The translations under genes and the position numbers were made by a program. Of a stretch of 64,000 bases of DNA, positions 37,764-47,362 are shown in pieces. The notes below the pieces were generated by a model. It was not told where the DNA came from. It was given only the letters and a program-made list of their open reading frames with translations, and searched no databases. The DNA is from Bacteroidales bacterium (GTDB lineage: Bacteria; Bacteroidota; Bacteroidia; Bacteroidales; VadinHA17), in NCBI GenBank assembly GCA_049294075.1, contig JBAQCK010000111.1, positions 2,946-66,945 of the forward strand, written 5' to 3'. Position 1 is the stretch's first letter, and each line of letters opens with the position of its first letter.

Positions 37764-39131
37764 CTATGCCAGGTATTCGGTCAGCCCGAGATTCAGTTCC
37801 GGTTCCTTTTCGTTCAGTGATTTATATATAACCAAAGCGGCTCCCAGCGCTGTGGAATTGCTGATCATGGATGTGTAAACCTTCCTGGACGAAAACACTT
37901 TGGCAAGAAGTTTCAGGAAAATCCTGTTTTTTGCAAAACCGCCGGTTATGTAAAAATTGCCGATATCATCCTTTTCCGGAAGAATCAGTTTGATTGCTTC
38001 CTGTGCAAGATCAGCGAGTTCGCTCATCAGCTGGTGGTAGGCTTCATCAAACGACTTGAAATCGAACAGATCGATTTTCTCCCTGAATGCCCTCGGATCC
38101 GGGCCGCTCTGGAAAAACGCCCTCCTGTCGCCATGATACCTGTTCCCAAGCATGCGTATCAGATCGGGATCATATTTGACGTTCTTGTAAAAACTCTCGG
38201 TTGTCCTGAAGTGTTCATTAAGCATTCTGACGCCCATATCGTGCATATTGCCGAGGAAGAGCCTCGACGACTTAACCGGTTGCCGGGTGATACTCATATA
38301 GCAAAGGCAGTCGTTATCGAGCTGTTCTACCGTCAGCTTCTCGTTGTTGAAGGGATTCATGCTGATGCACCATGTTCCTGTAGAAACAAGAAGGAATTTT
38401 CCCCTGTCGCCTGAAAAATAGGGTGCAAGAGATGATGAACTGTCATGAATGCCGATGCCGACATTAATCTTTTTCCCGTCAATAGTCACCTCAGTGAAGG
38501 TTCCTACAGGAACAGGTTCCGGAAGATACAGGCCATTATCAGCAACCCATGGATGGTATTTCATGTTGTCGAAATCCCATAAACCGGTATGGCAGCCTAT
38601 TGAAGTATGTTCCGAGCAGATCTTTCCGGTTACCAGATATGACAGATACTGCGGAAAGTGAAGAACATACCTCACTTTTGCAAAGATGTCGGGTTTGGTG
38701 GTTTTAAGCCAGAGAATCTGAATTCCCGAATTGAGCATTCCCAGGGCAGGAGATGCAGTCCTCCTGCAGAATTCATCCTGTCCTCCGTATCTCCTGTACA
38801 GTCGTTCCGGAATTTTATCATCAATCGGCTTGAGGTAGTTATATACCGGACCAACCCTCTTGCCGCTTTCATCCAGATAGACGATTGTAGCGCCGTAGGT
38901 GGCAAAATTAAGGGCAGTCAGGTCATATTTATCGGAATGTACAAGCTTTTGTATCGACTCCTGTATCCACTTCTCAACAAGTTCAATATCGTCGCACTCA
39001 AATCCGTCATCATCGAGCCTTTCAGCAACCCTTATCTCCTGCTCCTGAACGAGCTTGAGGTTATAATCAAACAGAAGCAGTTTTTTATTGGTTTTGCCTA
39101 CATCAAAAATCGCTATTACTTTCTCCTTCAT
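37764..39131 (-). CDS. FGGY-family sugar kinase, probable rhamnulokinase
   Basis: 455 aa. N-terminal AIFDVGKTNKKLLLFD (actin-like ATPase phosphate-1) and C-terminal ITGGFAKN. Operon partner of rhaA, rhaM and rhaT. Confidence 0.65.
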   Translation of the reverse strand: MKEKVIAIFDVGKTNKKLLLFDYNLKLVQEQEIRVAERLDDDGFECDDIELVEKWIQESIQKLVHSDKYDLTALNFATYGATIVYLDESGKRVGPVYNYLKPIDDKIPERLYRRYGGQDEFCRRTASPALGMLNSGIQILWLKTTKPDIFAKVRYVLHFPQYLSYLVTGKICSEHTSIGCHTGLWDFDNMKYHPWVADNGLYLPEPVPVGTFTEVTIDGKKINVGIGIHDSSSSLAPYFSGDRGKFLLVSTGTWCISMNPFNNEKLTVEQLDNDCLCYMSITRQPVKSSRLFLGNMHDMGVRMLNEHFRTTESFYKNVKYDPDLIRMLGNRYHGDRRAFFQSGPDPRAFREKIDLFDFKSFDEAYHQLMSELADLAQEAIKLILPEKDDIGNFYITGGFAKNRIFLKLLAKVFSSRKVYTSMISNSTALGAALVIYKSLNEKEPELNLGLTEYLA

Positions 39132-39174
39132 ATTTGCTGTTTCCTGATTTTCTCAAACAAGTCCCTGGAATGTC

Positions 39175-40440
39175 TTATCTCCTGGTAAGTACTTCGGTTT
39201 CGTATTTTACAATCTCTTCAATGTAATCCTGGCCTACAGGGACATTTTCCTTCATGCAGTAGTAATCCCATACGGCTCCGAATGGTTTTGTTTTCATCAG
39301 TTCCATAAATGACAGCCTTTCGAATGTGCTGCCGTTTTCCTCGAATTTCAGGAGCGTCTGGTAAGGCTCAAGCATTGCAAACATAAAGGCCATCTGTGCC
39401 GAGCGGGTTCCGATAACATATGCTCCTATCCTGTTAAGGCTTGCATCAAAGAAATCAAGACCGATGTTAACCCTGTTGAGGAATTTGCCCCTGATGATTT
39501 CCTGTGCGATAAGCAGCAGGTCGTCATTGAAGGTAACAACATGATCGCTGTCCCACCTTACACCCCTTGTCAGGTGAAGAAGTATCTCGTCAATGTAAAG
39601 AAGAATTGAAGATATCTTGTCTCCGACCTGCTCCGTCGGATGAAAATGTCCGTTGTCGAGAGTAATAAGAGTGTTGTTTTTTACTGCATAACCCATATAG
39701 AAATCATGCGATCCGACAACCATCGCTTCCGAACCAATCCCAAACAGTTTACTTTCAACAGAATCCTTGAGGTATTTCTTCGGATATTTCACTGAAAAAA
39801 TTTCATCAAGTGATTTCTTGAGGAGTTTACGAATACCGGCACGGTCGACAGGTGTATCCTTCGAACCATCGGGAATCCATATATTGTGAACTGAAGGTGT
39901 CCCCAGCTGTTTCCCCATTTCAGCGGCTATTGCACGGCACCTCTTGTTGTGCTCAATCCAGAACTTCCTGATCTTCGGATTCTTGCTCGAAAGCGTATAT
40001 CCATCATCTGAAAGAGGATGCGAGAAACAGGTGGAATTGAAATCGAGTCCGATCTTTCTTTTCTTTGCCCAGTCGATCCATCCCTGGTAGTGTTTCACTT
40101 CTATCTGGTCGCGATCGACAAGCTTTCCTCCGAATTCGCCGTAAATGGCATGAAGGCTCAGTCTTTGCCTTCCTGGCAGAAGCGACATTACCTTATCGAG
40201 GTCATCTCGCATCTGGGTTATAGTTTTTGCTTTCCCGGGGTAATTCCCGGTGGCCTGGATACCGCCGCCTCCCAGCTCTGCACCTTCCTTTTCAAAACCT
40301 CCAACGTCATCGGTCTGCCAGCAGTGAAGGCTTATTACAACATCGTTCATCTGCTCAATCACCTTGTCTGTATCAACTCCCAGATCAGCATACTGCGCTT
40401 TCGCAATCTGATATGATTTCTTTATTATTTCCTTATCCAT
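39175..40440 (-). CDS. rhaA: L-rhamnose isomerase
   Basis: 421 aa. N-terminus ...AKAQYADLGVDTDKVIEQMNDVVISLHCWQTDDVGGFE, and both overall length and sequence are typical of RhaA. Lies in a rhamnose gene context. Confidence 0.9.
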   Translation of the reverse strand: MDKEIIKKSYQIAKAQYADLGVDTDKVIEQMNDVVISLHCWQTDDVGGFEKEGAELGGGGIQATGNYPGKAKTITQMRDDLDKVMSLLPGRQRLSLHAIYGEFGGKLVDRDQIEVKHYQGWIDWAKKRKIGLDFNSTCFSHPLSDDGYTLSSKNPKIRKFWIEHNKRCRAIAAEMGKQLGTPSVHNIWIPDGSKDTPVDRAGIRKLLKKSLDEIFSVKYPKKYLKDSVESKLFGIGSEAMVVGSHDFYMGYAVKNNTLITLDNGHFHPTEQVGDKISSILLYIDEILLHLTRGVRWDSDHVVTFNDDLLLIAQEIIRGKFLNRVNIGLDFFDASLNRIGAYVIGTRSAQMAFMFAMLEPYQTLLKFEENGSTFERLSFMELMKTKPFGAVWDYYCMKENVPVGQDYIEEIVKYETEVLTRR

Positions 40441-40481
40441 GATTTATAGTTGTTTTCTTAATAAACTGAAATATGACAGAA

Positions 40482-40796
40482 TTATTCCATGAAAAACACC
40501 TGTTCGAGTGGTATGCTTACAGGTGAATTGTCGGGATTTGTCTCCATGATATCGGCCATATACTTCCACCATTTCTTTACTATTTCCCCGGCACCGAGAT
40601 CCTGTGAGGAACTTTCACCCGATTGTTCCTGGTATGCAAAAAGTATGTTAGTCTCCTCATCATAAAAGATCGAATAATTGCCAACGCCCTGACTTTTAAG
40701 CAACCTGACAAGCTCAGGCCATATTTCACTGTGCCTCTTTCTGTACTCTTCCCTGAAACCGGGATAAAGCTTCATTTTGAACGCAAATCTCTTCAT
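40482..40796 (-). CDS. rhaM: L-rhamnose mutarotase
   Basis: 104 aa. MKRFAFKMKLYPGFREEYRKRHSEIWPEL...NYSIF is typical of RhaM. Confidence 0.85.
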   Translation of the reverse strand: MKRFAFKMKLYPGFREEYRKRHSEIWPELVRLLKSQGVGNYSIFYDEETNILFAYQEQSGESSSQDLGAGEIVKKWWKYMADIMETNPDNSPVSIPLEQVFFME

Positions 40797-40805
40797 TGTT
40801 TTCAG

Positions 40806-41834
40806 TTAACTTAATTTGACAACAAATGCCGACAATATCAATACGATAATCCCAATAACAAGAATCACTATTGTTCTGGTATTAACTCCCTTCCATTCTT
40901 TCAGAATTATACCCCAGATATTGCTTATGGCGATGTTAAGGGCCATCAGAATGCTCCATCCGAAGACAGCCATTCCTGCCGGCAGTTTGCTCGATCCCAT
41001 GCCGAAGAAGTGGAATTGAAGGAACCAGAGGAAGCCCGCCAGAAATGTGAAGAAAAGATTGTTCATCAGAACGCTTCCGGATGATGTATAATAGTCATTG
41101 TATGTTTTGTTTCGTATGTTAAGGTATCCACAGTAAACCAGATTCGTGATAAAACCGCCGAAAAGTATGAATATAAGTGTCGGATTCTTCTGAAAAAGGG
41201 GATTTGTACCATGTGCAAGAGCAACGTCCTCGATTGGTTTTCCGGCTTCAAAGCCAAAATTGAAACATGCGCTCATTATACCTGCAAAAATGGCAATCAG
41301 AATTCCTTTTTTAAGTGCGAACTCCTTCACCGCCGCGCGCTTCTGCTCTTCTGTCATTTCCCTGCTTTTGAGGGCTCCGGCGTAACCAATGATTGCTATA
41401 CCCGCAACTGTGACAGCCACACCAACCATGGTAAGTATCCCTGCCCTTGATCCGAAAAGGTTCTGGCCGGCCACAACTGCCGGGATGATGGTTCCGAATG
41501 CCGCGCATAACCCGAGCGCGATACTCTGCCCCAGAGCAACTCCAAGGTAACGCATGCTGAGTCCGAAAGTAAGCCCCCCAAAACCCCATAGTACACCAAA
41601 CACCATCGACATCAGCTTGGCCGACGAGGGAGATTCGTTAATAATTGGTATTAGTTCACCGTTTGGAACAAAGATCAGGGCAAATACCCAGGGGGCTATG
41701 AGCCATGCAGCCACTCCCTGTACAATCCAGTAGGATTCCCACGACCATTCCTTCACTTTCTTGAGGGGAACATAAAAACTGGCGGCTCCTATACTGCCAA
41801 GTGCTATCAATAGTATTCCGGCAACAGGGTTCAT
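40806..41834 (-). CDS. rhaT: L-rhamnose/proton symporter
   Basis: 342 aa with about 10 TM helices. The N-terminus GILLIALGSIGAASFYVPLKKVKEWSWESYW is typical of RhaT. Confidence 0.85.
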   Translation of the reverse strand: MNPVAGILLIALGSIGAASFYVPLKKVKEWSWESYWIVQGVAAWLIAPWVFALIFVPNGELIPIINESPSSAKLMSMVFGVLWGFGGLTFGLSMRYLGVALGQSIALGLCAAFGTIIPAVVAGQNLFGSRAGILTMVGVAVTVAGIAIIGYAGALKSREMTEEQKRAAVKEFALKKGILIAIFAGIMSACFNFGFEAGKPIEDVALAHGTNPLFQKNPTLIFILFGGFITNLVYCGYLNIRNKTYNDYYTSSGSVLMNNLFFTFLAGFLWFLQFHFFGMGSSKLPAGMAVFGWSILMALNIAISNIWGIILKEWKGVNTRTIVILVIGIIVLILSAFVVKLS

Positions 41835-41960
41835 GAATTTCTAAAGTTGGTTAAGGGCTGAAAATATAAAGAGTATAAAAATAATGATTTTACCTTTCTC
41901 ATTTCAGATAAAAATAGATAAATTTCAAATCTTGAATCTGAAAACCTAAATACGCTAAAT

Positions 41961-44690
41961 ATGAAATCATTAAGACTCTTTCTGTTGCTGTTATTCATTC
42001 CCTCCCTTGCCTTTTCGCAGGACCTTTCGGTTTATGACCTTACCTCTGAGCATAAAAAAAATCCTGTAGGGCTGGATGTTCCTAACCCGCGCCTGTCATG
42101 GAAACTAAAGGCAGACGGTTACAATATAATGCAGTCGGCCTACTCGGTCAGGGTGGCTTCAAGTCCCCGGTTTTCATCTTCTTCCATGGTCTGGCAATCA
42201 GGAAAAATAATATCTGACGAATCGGTTCTGATCAGGTATTCGGGCAAGGATCTTAAGCCTGGTCAGAGATATTACTGGCAGGTCAGGGTTTGGGATAACA
42301 GGGGAAAAGTCTCGAAGTGGAGCGAAACGGCGTTCTGGGAAACCGGACTCCTTTCGCAGGAAAACTGGAAGGCTCAATGGATAGAGATGGATCGTGACAC
42401 CAACAGATACTCACCTTCACCTCATTTCAGGAAAGAATTCACTGTTGGCAAAGAAATTGCAAAGGCAACGGTTTACGTGACATCCCATGGTTTGTATGAG
42501 CTTCATATTAATGGGAAAAAAGTTGGAGACCAGGTTCTTACACCAGGATGGACTAGCTACGGAAAGAGGCTGCAATACCAGGTATACGATGTAACCGGTC
42601 AGGTCACAAGGGGAAATAATGCTGTCGGAGCAGTCCTGGGGGACGGCTGGTACCGCGGAACACTGGCCTGGGGCAACAACTGGGCAATCTATGGGAAAAG
42701 ACTTGGGCTGCTTATGCAACTCAGGATAATCTATACCGACGGAACCGAATCGCTTATAATCACCGATTCGTCGTGGAAAAGCCACAATGACGGTGCCATA
42801 AGGATGAGTGATATATATAACGGTGAGATTTATGATGCAACACGGAAACTTACCGGATGGAACCTGCCGGGATATGATGACTCAGAATGGCTTCCGGTAA
42901 AGACCGGCGATTACAACAACAATATCATTGCTTCTGAAGGCGCCGCGATCAGGAAGATACAGGAAATTAAACCTGTAAAGGTTTTCAGATCACCCAAGGG
43001 AAGCCTTCTGGCAGATATGGGACAAAACATGGTCGGATGGATCCGGCTAAAGGTTAACGGTCCTAAAGGAACCGTCATCACAATACGTCATGCTGAAGTT
43101 CTTGACAAATTCGGTGAATTTTATACAGAGAACCTGAGATCGGCCAAATGTCAGATCGATTATACGGTCGGCGGAACTGGTGATGAGGTATATGAACCAC
43201 GATTCACATTCATGGGATTCCGTTACCTCGAAATCAAAGGCTTCCCCGGAACCCTTACGCCAGATAACATTACAGGGGTTGTGGTTCATTCCGACATGCC
43301 CGTGACTGGTGATTACGAGAGTTCAAACGCACTGCTTAACCAGCTCCAGCATAATATTCAGTGGGGACAGAGGGGCAATTTTGTGGATGTGCCCACTGAC
43401 TGTCCTCAAAGAGACGAGAGACTCGGATGGACGGGCGACGCCCAGGCTTTCAGCCGGACTGCCGCTTACAATTTCAATGTTGCAGCGTTCTTTACAAAAT
43501 GGCTGAAGGATATTTCTCTCGACCAGAAGCAGGACGGAGCCGTTCCGGATGTTATTCCGGATGTCCTGAACAGGCAGGACGCCCTGACAGCCGCTCCTTC
43601 GGCCGGATGGGGTGATGTTGCAATAATTGCCCCATGGACCATGTACCAGGTGTATGGTGACAGGGAATTTCTTGAGAATCAGTATCCCAGCATGAAAGCA
43701 TGGGTTGAATACATCAGGAAGAAGGCCGGCGACTCGTATATCTGGAAAGGCGGAAGCAAATACGGCGACTGGCTTTTCTACCATCCCCCGGTAAACAATC
43801 ACAGCGAACCTGACGGATTTACCGAGCACGATTTCATTGCTACGGCATTCTTCGCCTACTCTGCCGACCTTCTGGCGAAGACTGCAAAAATCCTTGGAAA
43901 TACCGCAGATGAAAAAACCTATTCAGACCTGTTTGAAAAAATCAAATCAGTGTTTGTCAGGGAATATGTCACTCCGGCAGGCAGGATCGGAACCAACTCC
44001 CAAACTTCTTATGTGCTTGCTCTGATGTTCAATCTTCTTCCTGAAGAACAGAGACCTGCAGCAGCTAAATTTCTTGTTGATGATATCAGGGGAAGGAGAA
44101 ACCATCTCTCAACCGGTTTTCTTGGAACGCCGTTCCTGTGCCATGTACTTACCCGAAACGGTTACACTGATGTAGCTTACGACCTCCTGCTTCAGGAAAC
44201 CTATCCGTCGTGGCTTTATCCCGTTAAAATGGGAGCCACAACCATCTGGGAACGCTGGGATGGACAGAAACCCGACAGCACATTCCAGGATGCAGGCATG
44301 AATTCATTCAACCACTATGCATACGGGGCAATAGGCGACTGGATGTACAGGGTATCAGCAGGCATTGAGACACTGACGCCCGGATACAGGAATCTCCTGA
44401 TTTATCCCCGTGTGACACCCAGGATGGATTTGTCCAAAGCATCATTTGAAAGTTCCTATGGAAAGATTGTATCGGGATGGGAAAGAAAAGAAGGCAGGCT
44501 GTACTTCACTGTGGTGATACCCCCGAATGCAACGGCTAAAATTGTGCTCCCCGCAAATTCAGCCGATAAGGTAACACTTGGAGGCTTACCCCTTTCCGGA
44601 AACAGGATTCCGAATAAGGTAAGCACTGAAGAAGGCAAGCTTGTTGTGGAAGCAGGATCAGGGAATTACTTGTTCGGTATGGACGAATAA
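41961..44690 (+). CDS. alpha-L-rhamnosidase (GH78)
   Basis: 909 aa with a signal peptide. LTSEHKKNPVGLDVPNPRLSWKL N-terminal domain, DCPQRDERLGWTGDAQ catalytic-domain motif, WERWDG motif. Confidence 0.9.
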   Translation: MKSLRLFLLLLFIPSLAFSQDLSVYDLTSEHKKNPVGLDVPNPRLSWKLKADGYNIMQSAYSVRVASSPRFSSSSMVWQSGKIISDESVLIRYSGKDLKPGQRYYWQVRVWDNRGKVSKWSETAFWETGLLSQENWKAQWIEMDRDTNRYSPSPHFRKEFTVGKEIAKATVYVTSHGLYELHINGKKVGDQVLTPGWTSYGKRLQYQVYDVTGQVTRGNNAVGAVLGDGWYRGTLAWGNNWAIYGKRLGLLMQLRIIYTDGTESLIITDSSWKSHNDGAIRMSDIYNGEIYDATRKLTGWNLPGYDDSEWLPVKTGDYNNNIIASEGAAIRKIQEIKPVKVFRSPKGSLLADMGQNMVGWIRLKVNGPKGTVITIRHAEVLDKFGEFYTENLRSAKCQIDYTVGGTGDEVYEPRFTFMGFRYLEIKGFPGTLTPDNITGVVVHSDMPVTGDYESSNALLNQLQHNIQWGQRGNFVDVPTDCPQRDERLGWTGDAQAFSRTAAYNFNVAAFFTKWLKDISLDQKQDGAVPDVIPDVLNRQDALTAAPSAGWGDVAIIAPWTMYQVYGDREFLENQYPSMKAWVEYIRKKAGDSYIWKGGSKYGDWLFYHPPVNNHSEPDGFTEHDFIATAFFAYSADLLAKTAKILGNTADEKTYSDLFEKIKSVFVREYVTPAGRIGTNSQTSYVLALMFNLLPEEQRPAAAKFLVDDIRGRRNHLSTGFLGTPFLCHVLTRNGYTDVAYDLLLQETYPSWLYPVKMGATTIWERWDGQKPDSTFQDAGMNSFNHYAYGAIGDWMYRVSAGIETLTPGYRNLLIYPRVTPRMDLSKASFESSYGKIVSGWERKEGRLYFTVVIPPNATAKIVLPANSADKVTLGGLPLSGNRIPNKVSTEEGKLVVEAGSGNYLFGMDE

Positions 44691-44776
44691 TTTACCCGGA
44701 CACCAAACTGTATATTTATATAGTATTACAGGCTGAACCTGTTGATCCGAAATTGCCATTCTAAAATTATCGTTTT

Positions 44777-45085
44777 GTGACACCTGAGGAATTAAAGGAA
44801 AGGATACCTGAAAGTGAATTTGTTTTCATTGCTTCACGAAGCGGCGGACCCGGCGGACAGAATGTAAACAAAGTCAATACAAAGTCGGAAAGAACACAAT
44901 TGGGCAACAAAAAGAAAGCGGTTGAAAGACTGCTGAATATCCTTGCTTCAGGATTGGAGGAAAAGCCTGAACGAAAGCCGACCCATCCGTCAGAAAGTTC
45001 GGGAAAGGAACGGCTTGACGGAAAAAAGCTCAGGGGGAGAATAAAGAAATTAAGGTCGAATGGCATAGATCCATCAGCAGATTGA
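44777..45085 (+). pseudogene. ArfB/YaeJ-like peptidyl-tRNA hydrolase (GGQ domain) with an apparent in-frame internal deletion
   Basis: 102 aa from a GTG start. SGGPGGQNVNKVNTK (GGQ motif) joins directly to ...RTQLGNKKKAVERLL and a basic tail. About 40 aa of the core domain seen in the 135-140-aa ArfB proteins are missing. Confidence 0.5.
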
Positions 45086-45129
45086 TCAAATTTCTGACTT
45101 TCTTCAATTGATTTTCGAAGCTGATTTTG

Positions 45130-45137
45130 TATATTTG
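45130..45137 (+). promoter_or_regulatory. Candidate Bacteroidota -7 promoter box TATATTTG (TAnnTTTG)
   Basis: Exact match to the TAnnTTTG consensus, 86 nt upstream of the ATG at 45223. No clear -33 TTTG was seen. Confidence 0.3.
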
Positions 45138-45222
45138 ATTCCCTGTAAAAAAAAATTGAGAGGGATTGCAGGTTTTTTTGCCTGTTCAGGCGGTTGCCTG
45201 CAGAAAGAGTTAATTGCTTTCC

Positions 45223-46839
45223 ATGAAAAGAACTGTCGTTTTGATGTTTCTTTTGCAGATTGCCGTGGCACAACATGGTCAGATCATTATCGACCATAAT
45301 TGCACACGACTGGCTGACATCCCGGCAACATACATAACCCAGGCAAAATCTTCCCTTCATATCGCATATGAACACACTTCGCACGGAAGTCAGATAATCG
45401 ACGGGATGACCGGTCTGTTCAACTGGAAGGGTTCCGGTTACGCATGGAACAACGGAGGACTGAACGGGGCTCTCGATATTCACGACAATGGGATCACAGG
45501 AGGGACAGACCTTGGATCACCGGATTTTACAGCCTGGGCTGCAGCAACCAGAACCTACCTCAGGAATACCGCCAACAGCAATGTGAATGTAATAATGTGG
45601 GCCTGGTGCGGACAGCTGAGCACTGCCTCCGAGAGTGACGTTAACACCTACATGAGCCTTATGAATTCCCTGGAAACTGATTATCCAGGGGTCAAATTCG
45701 TGTATATGACCGGCCATCTCGACGGAACCGGGACAAGCGGCAACCTGCACAGGAGAAACGAACAGATTCGGAATTACTGCAGGAATAACCGGAAAATACT
45801 TTATGATTTTGCCGATATCGAATCATATGACCCCGACAATAACTATTATCTGAACAGGGCTGCAAACGACAACTGCGATTACGACAGCAACGATGACGGT
45901 TCTCTCGACCGCAACTGGGCCAGAGCATGGCAGGAAAGCCACACCGTGAACGTTGACTGGTATAATTGCACCGCAGCCCACTCCCTGCCTCTTAACGCAA
46001 ACAGAAAGGCTTATGCTGCCTGGTGGCTGTGGGCCAGACTTGCCGGCTGGAACGAGTCCCCTCCTGCCATCCCGGTTTCTTCCATTTCAGTAAGTGGTGC
46101 CGGAGTATCTACAGTCATCTCGGTTAACAAAGGGACACTTCAGCTAAGTGCCCAGGTAATGCCTGAGAATGCATCAAATAAATCGGTGATATGGTCAATT
46201 GCAGGCGGCACCGGACAGGCGACAATCAGCCAGTCGGGCCTTGTCACTGCTATGACCGACGGAAAGGTAACTGCTGTGGCTTCTTCCACCGACGGATCGG
46301 CTGTAAGCGGCATAATTGAGATAACAATAACTAACCAGATGATTCCCGTTTCAGGCATTATGATCGTTGCCGAAGAAGGGACAACTGTAATATCCGCTGC
46401 AAAGGGAACACTGCAGCTTTCAACGGAAGTATTGCCCGAATACGCAACAGATAAAAGTGTAGACTGGTCGGTAGAGAATGTTACAGGAAAAGCTGTAGTG
46501 AACGAATCGGGCCTGGTGACCGGTATTGAGGACGGGGTGGTTAAAGTCATTGCATCGGCAAAAGATGGTTCAGGTGTAAGCAGTTCACTCGAAATAAAAA
46601 TAAATAAGAATAAACCCCTGGTTGCGGTTGTGCAGGACGGCCTGCTCCGAGTCCCTCTCGAAGGGGATTACACCGGGTACCGGTTAAGCCTTATCGATAT
46701 ACGCGGAAGGCTGATAAAAGAACTATTCGTGAATGGCAACCTTTGTGAGTTCAACGTTTCAGCTCTGCCATCAGGTATTTATATAGTATCCCTTGCGCGG
46801 TCAGGCATAGTAAACGTGACTAAGGTTCTCATTCCCTGA
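45223..46839 (+). CDS. Secreted T9SS cargo: unknown ~270-aa N-terminal domain + two Big_2-like Ig domains + T9SS C-terminal sorting domain
   Basis: The track ORF starts at TTG 45214; I use the ATG at 45223 (MKRTVVLMFLLQIAVAQ). Two repeats: GTLQLSAQVMPENASNKSVIWSI... and GTLQLSTEVLPEYATDKSVDWSV... The C-terminal ...RLSLIDIRGRLIKELFVNGNLCEFNVSALPSGIYIVSLA...KVLIP fits a T9SS CTD. Confidence 0.7.
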   Translation: MKRTVVLMFLLQIAVAQHGQIIIDHNCTRLADIPATYITQAKSSLHIAYEHTSHGSQIIDGMTGLFNWKGSGYAWNNGGLNGALDIHDNGITGGTDLGSPDFTAWAAATRTYLRNTANSNVNVIMWAWCGQLSTASESDVNTYMSLMNSLETDYPGVKFVYMTGHLDGTGTSGNLHRRNEQIRNYCRNNRKILYDFADIESYDPDNNYYLNRAANDNCDYDSNDDGSLDRNWARAWQESHTVNVDWYNCTAAHSLPLNANRKAYAAWWLWARLAGWNESPPAIPVSSISVSGAGVSTVISVNKGTLQLSAQVMPENASNKSVIWSIAGGTGQATISQSGLVTAMTDGKVTAVASSTDGSAVSGIIEITITNQMIPVSGIMIVAEEGTTVISAAKGTLQLSTEVLPEYATDKSVDWSVENVTGKAVVNESGLVTGIEDGVVKVIASAKDGSGVSSSLEIKINKNKPLVAVVQDGLLRVPLEGDYTGYRLSLIDIRGRLIKELFVNGNLCEFNVSALPSGIYIVSLARSGIVNVTKVLIP

Positions 46840-47277
46840 TGATTCAGGAGTGACTTAATAAGAGGGTTTCATCTGATTCCCAAAAGATTTCCACACAATT
46901 TTACCGGCAGAAGTAATTAATGCAATAATAATGCGTTATAGTGCATATTTTTTTGTTTCCGAATGGCTGAAAACAGGGTTGAAGTGAGTAAAAAAATTCT
47001 GGCATAATAATTGAATAATTGCATTCTTAAAACAAAAAAAGCTTAAGTCTTCACTGAAAAGATATGACTGGAGAAAGATATGAAAAGCAAAGTTGAAAAA
47101 ATCGCTTCTGAAAGATACCAGGGTATTAAAATCCCGGAATGCAAAATTGATTGTAATCGACAGATTATGTGTGATTTAATATTTCAATCCCATATTCACT
47201 TCAGTGATGTGTTGAAAAGTGATTTTTACTGTTAATATTATTTTTTTACAGACGGTACAATGTATTTATGGAATGTA

Positions 47278-47285
47278 TATTTTTG
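47278..47285 (+). promoter_or_regulatory. Candidate -7 promoter box TATTTTTG (TAnnTTTG)
   Basis: Exact consensus match in the 520-bp AT-rich spacer, 78 nt upstream of the ATG at 47363. Confidence 0.35.
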
Positions 47286-47362
47286 GCGCAATTTATTTTA
47301 AACTAAAAACCAATAAACTCTAGAAAACTTAAAGCATTTGATGAGATTCTTCATCGACAAAA

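Noticed and set aside
44767-45483. 238-aa minus-strand ORF spanning the ArfB-like ORF, the spacer and the start of the T9SS cargo gene
   Set aside because: It is antisense to two better-supported + strand genes and has no recognisable motifs. It crosses an intergenic promoter-like region. I treat it as a shadow ORF.
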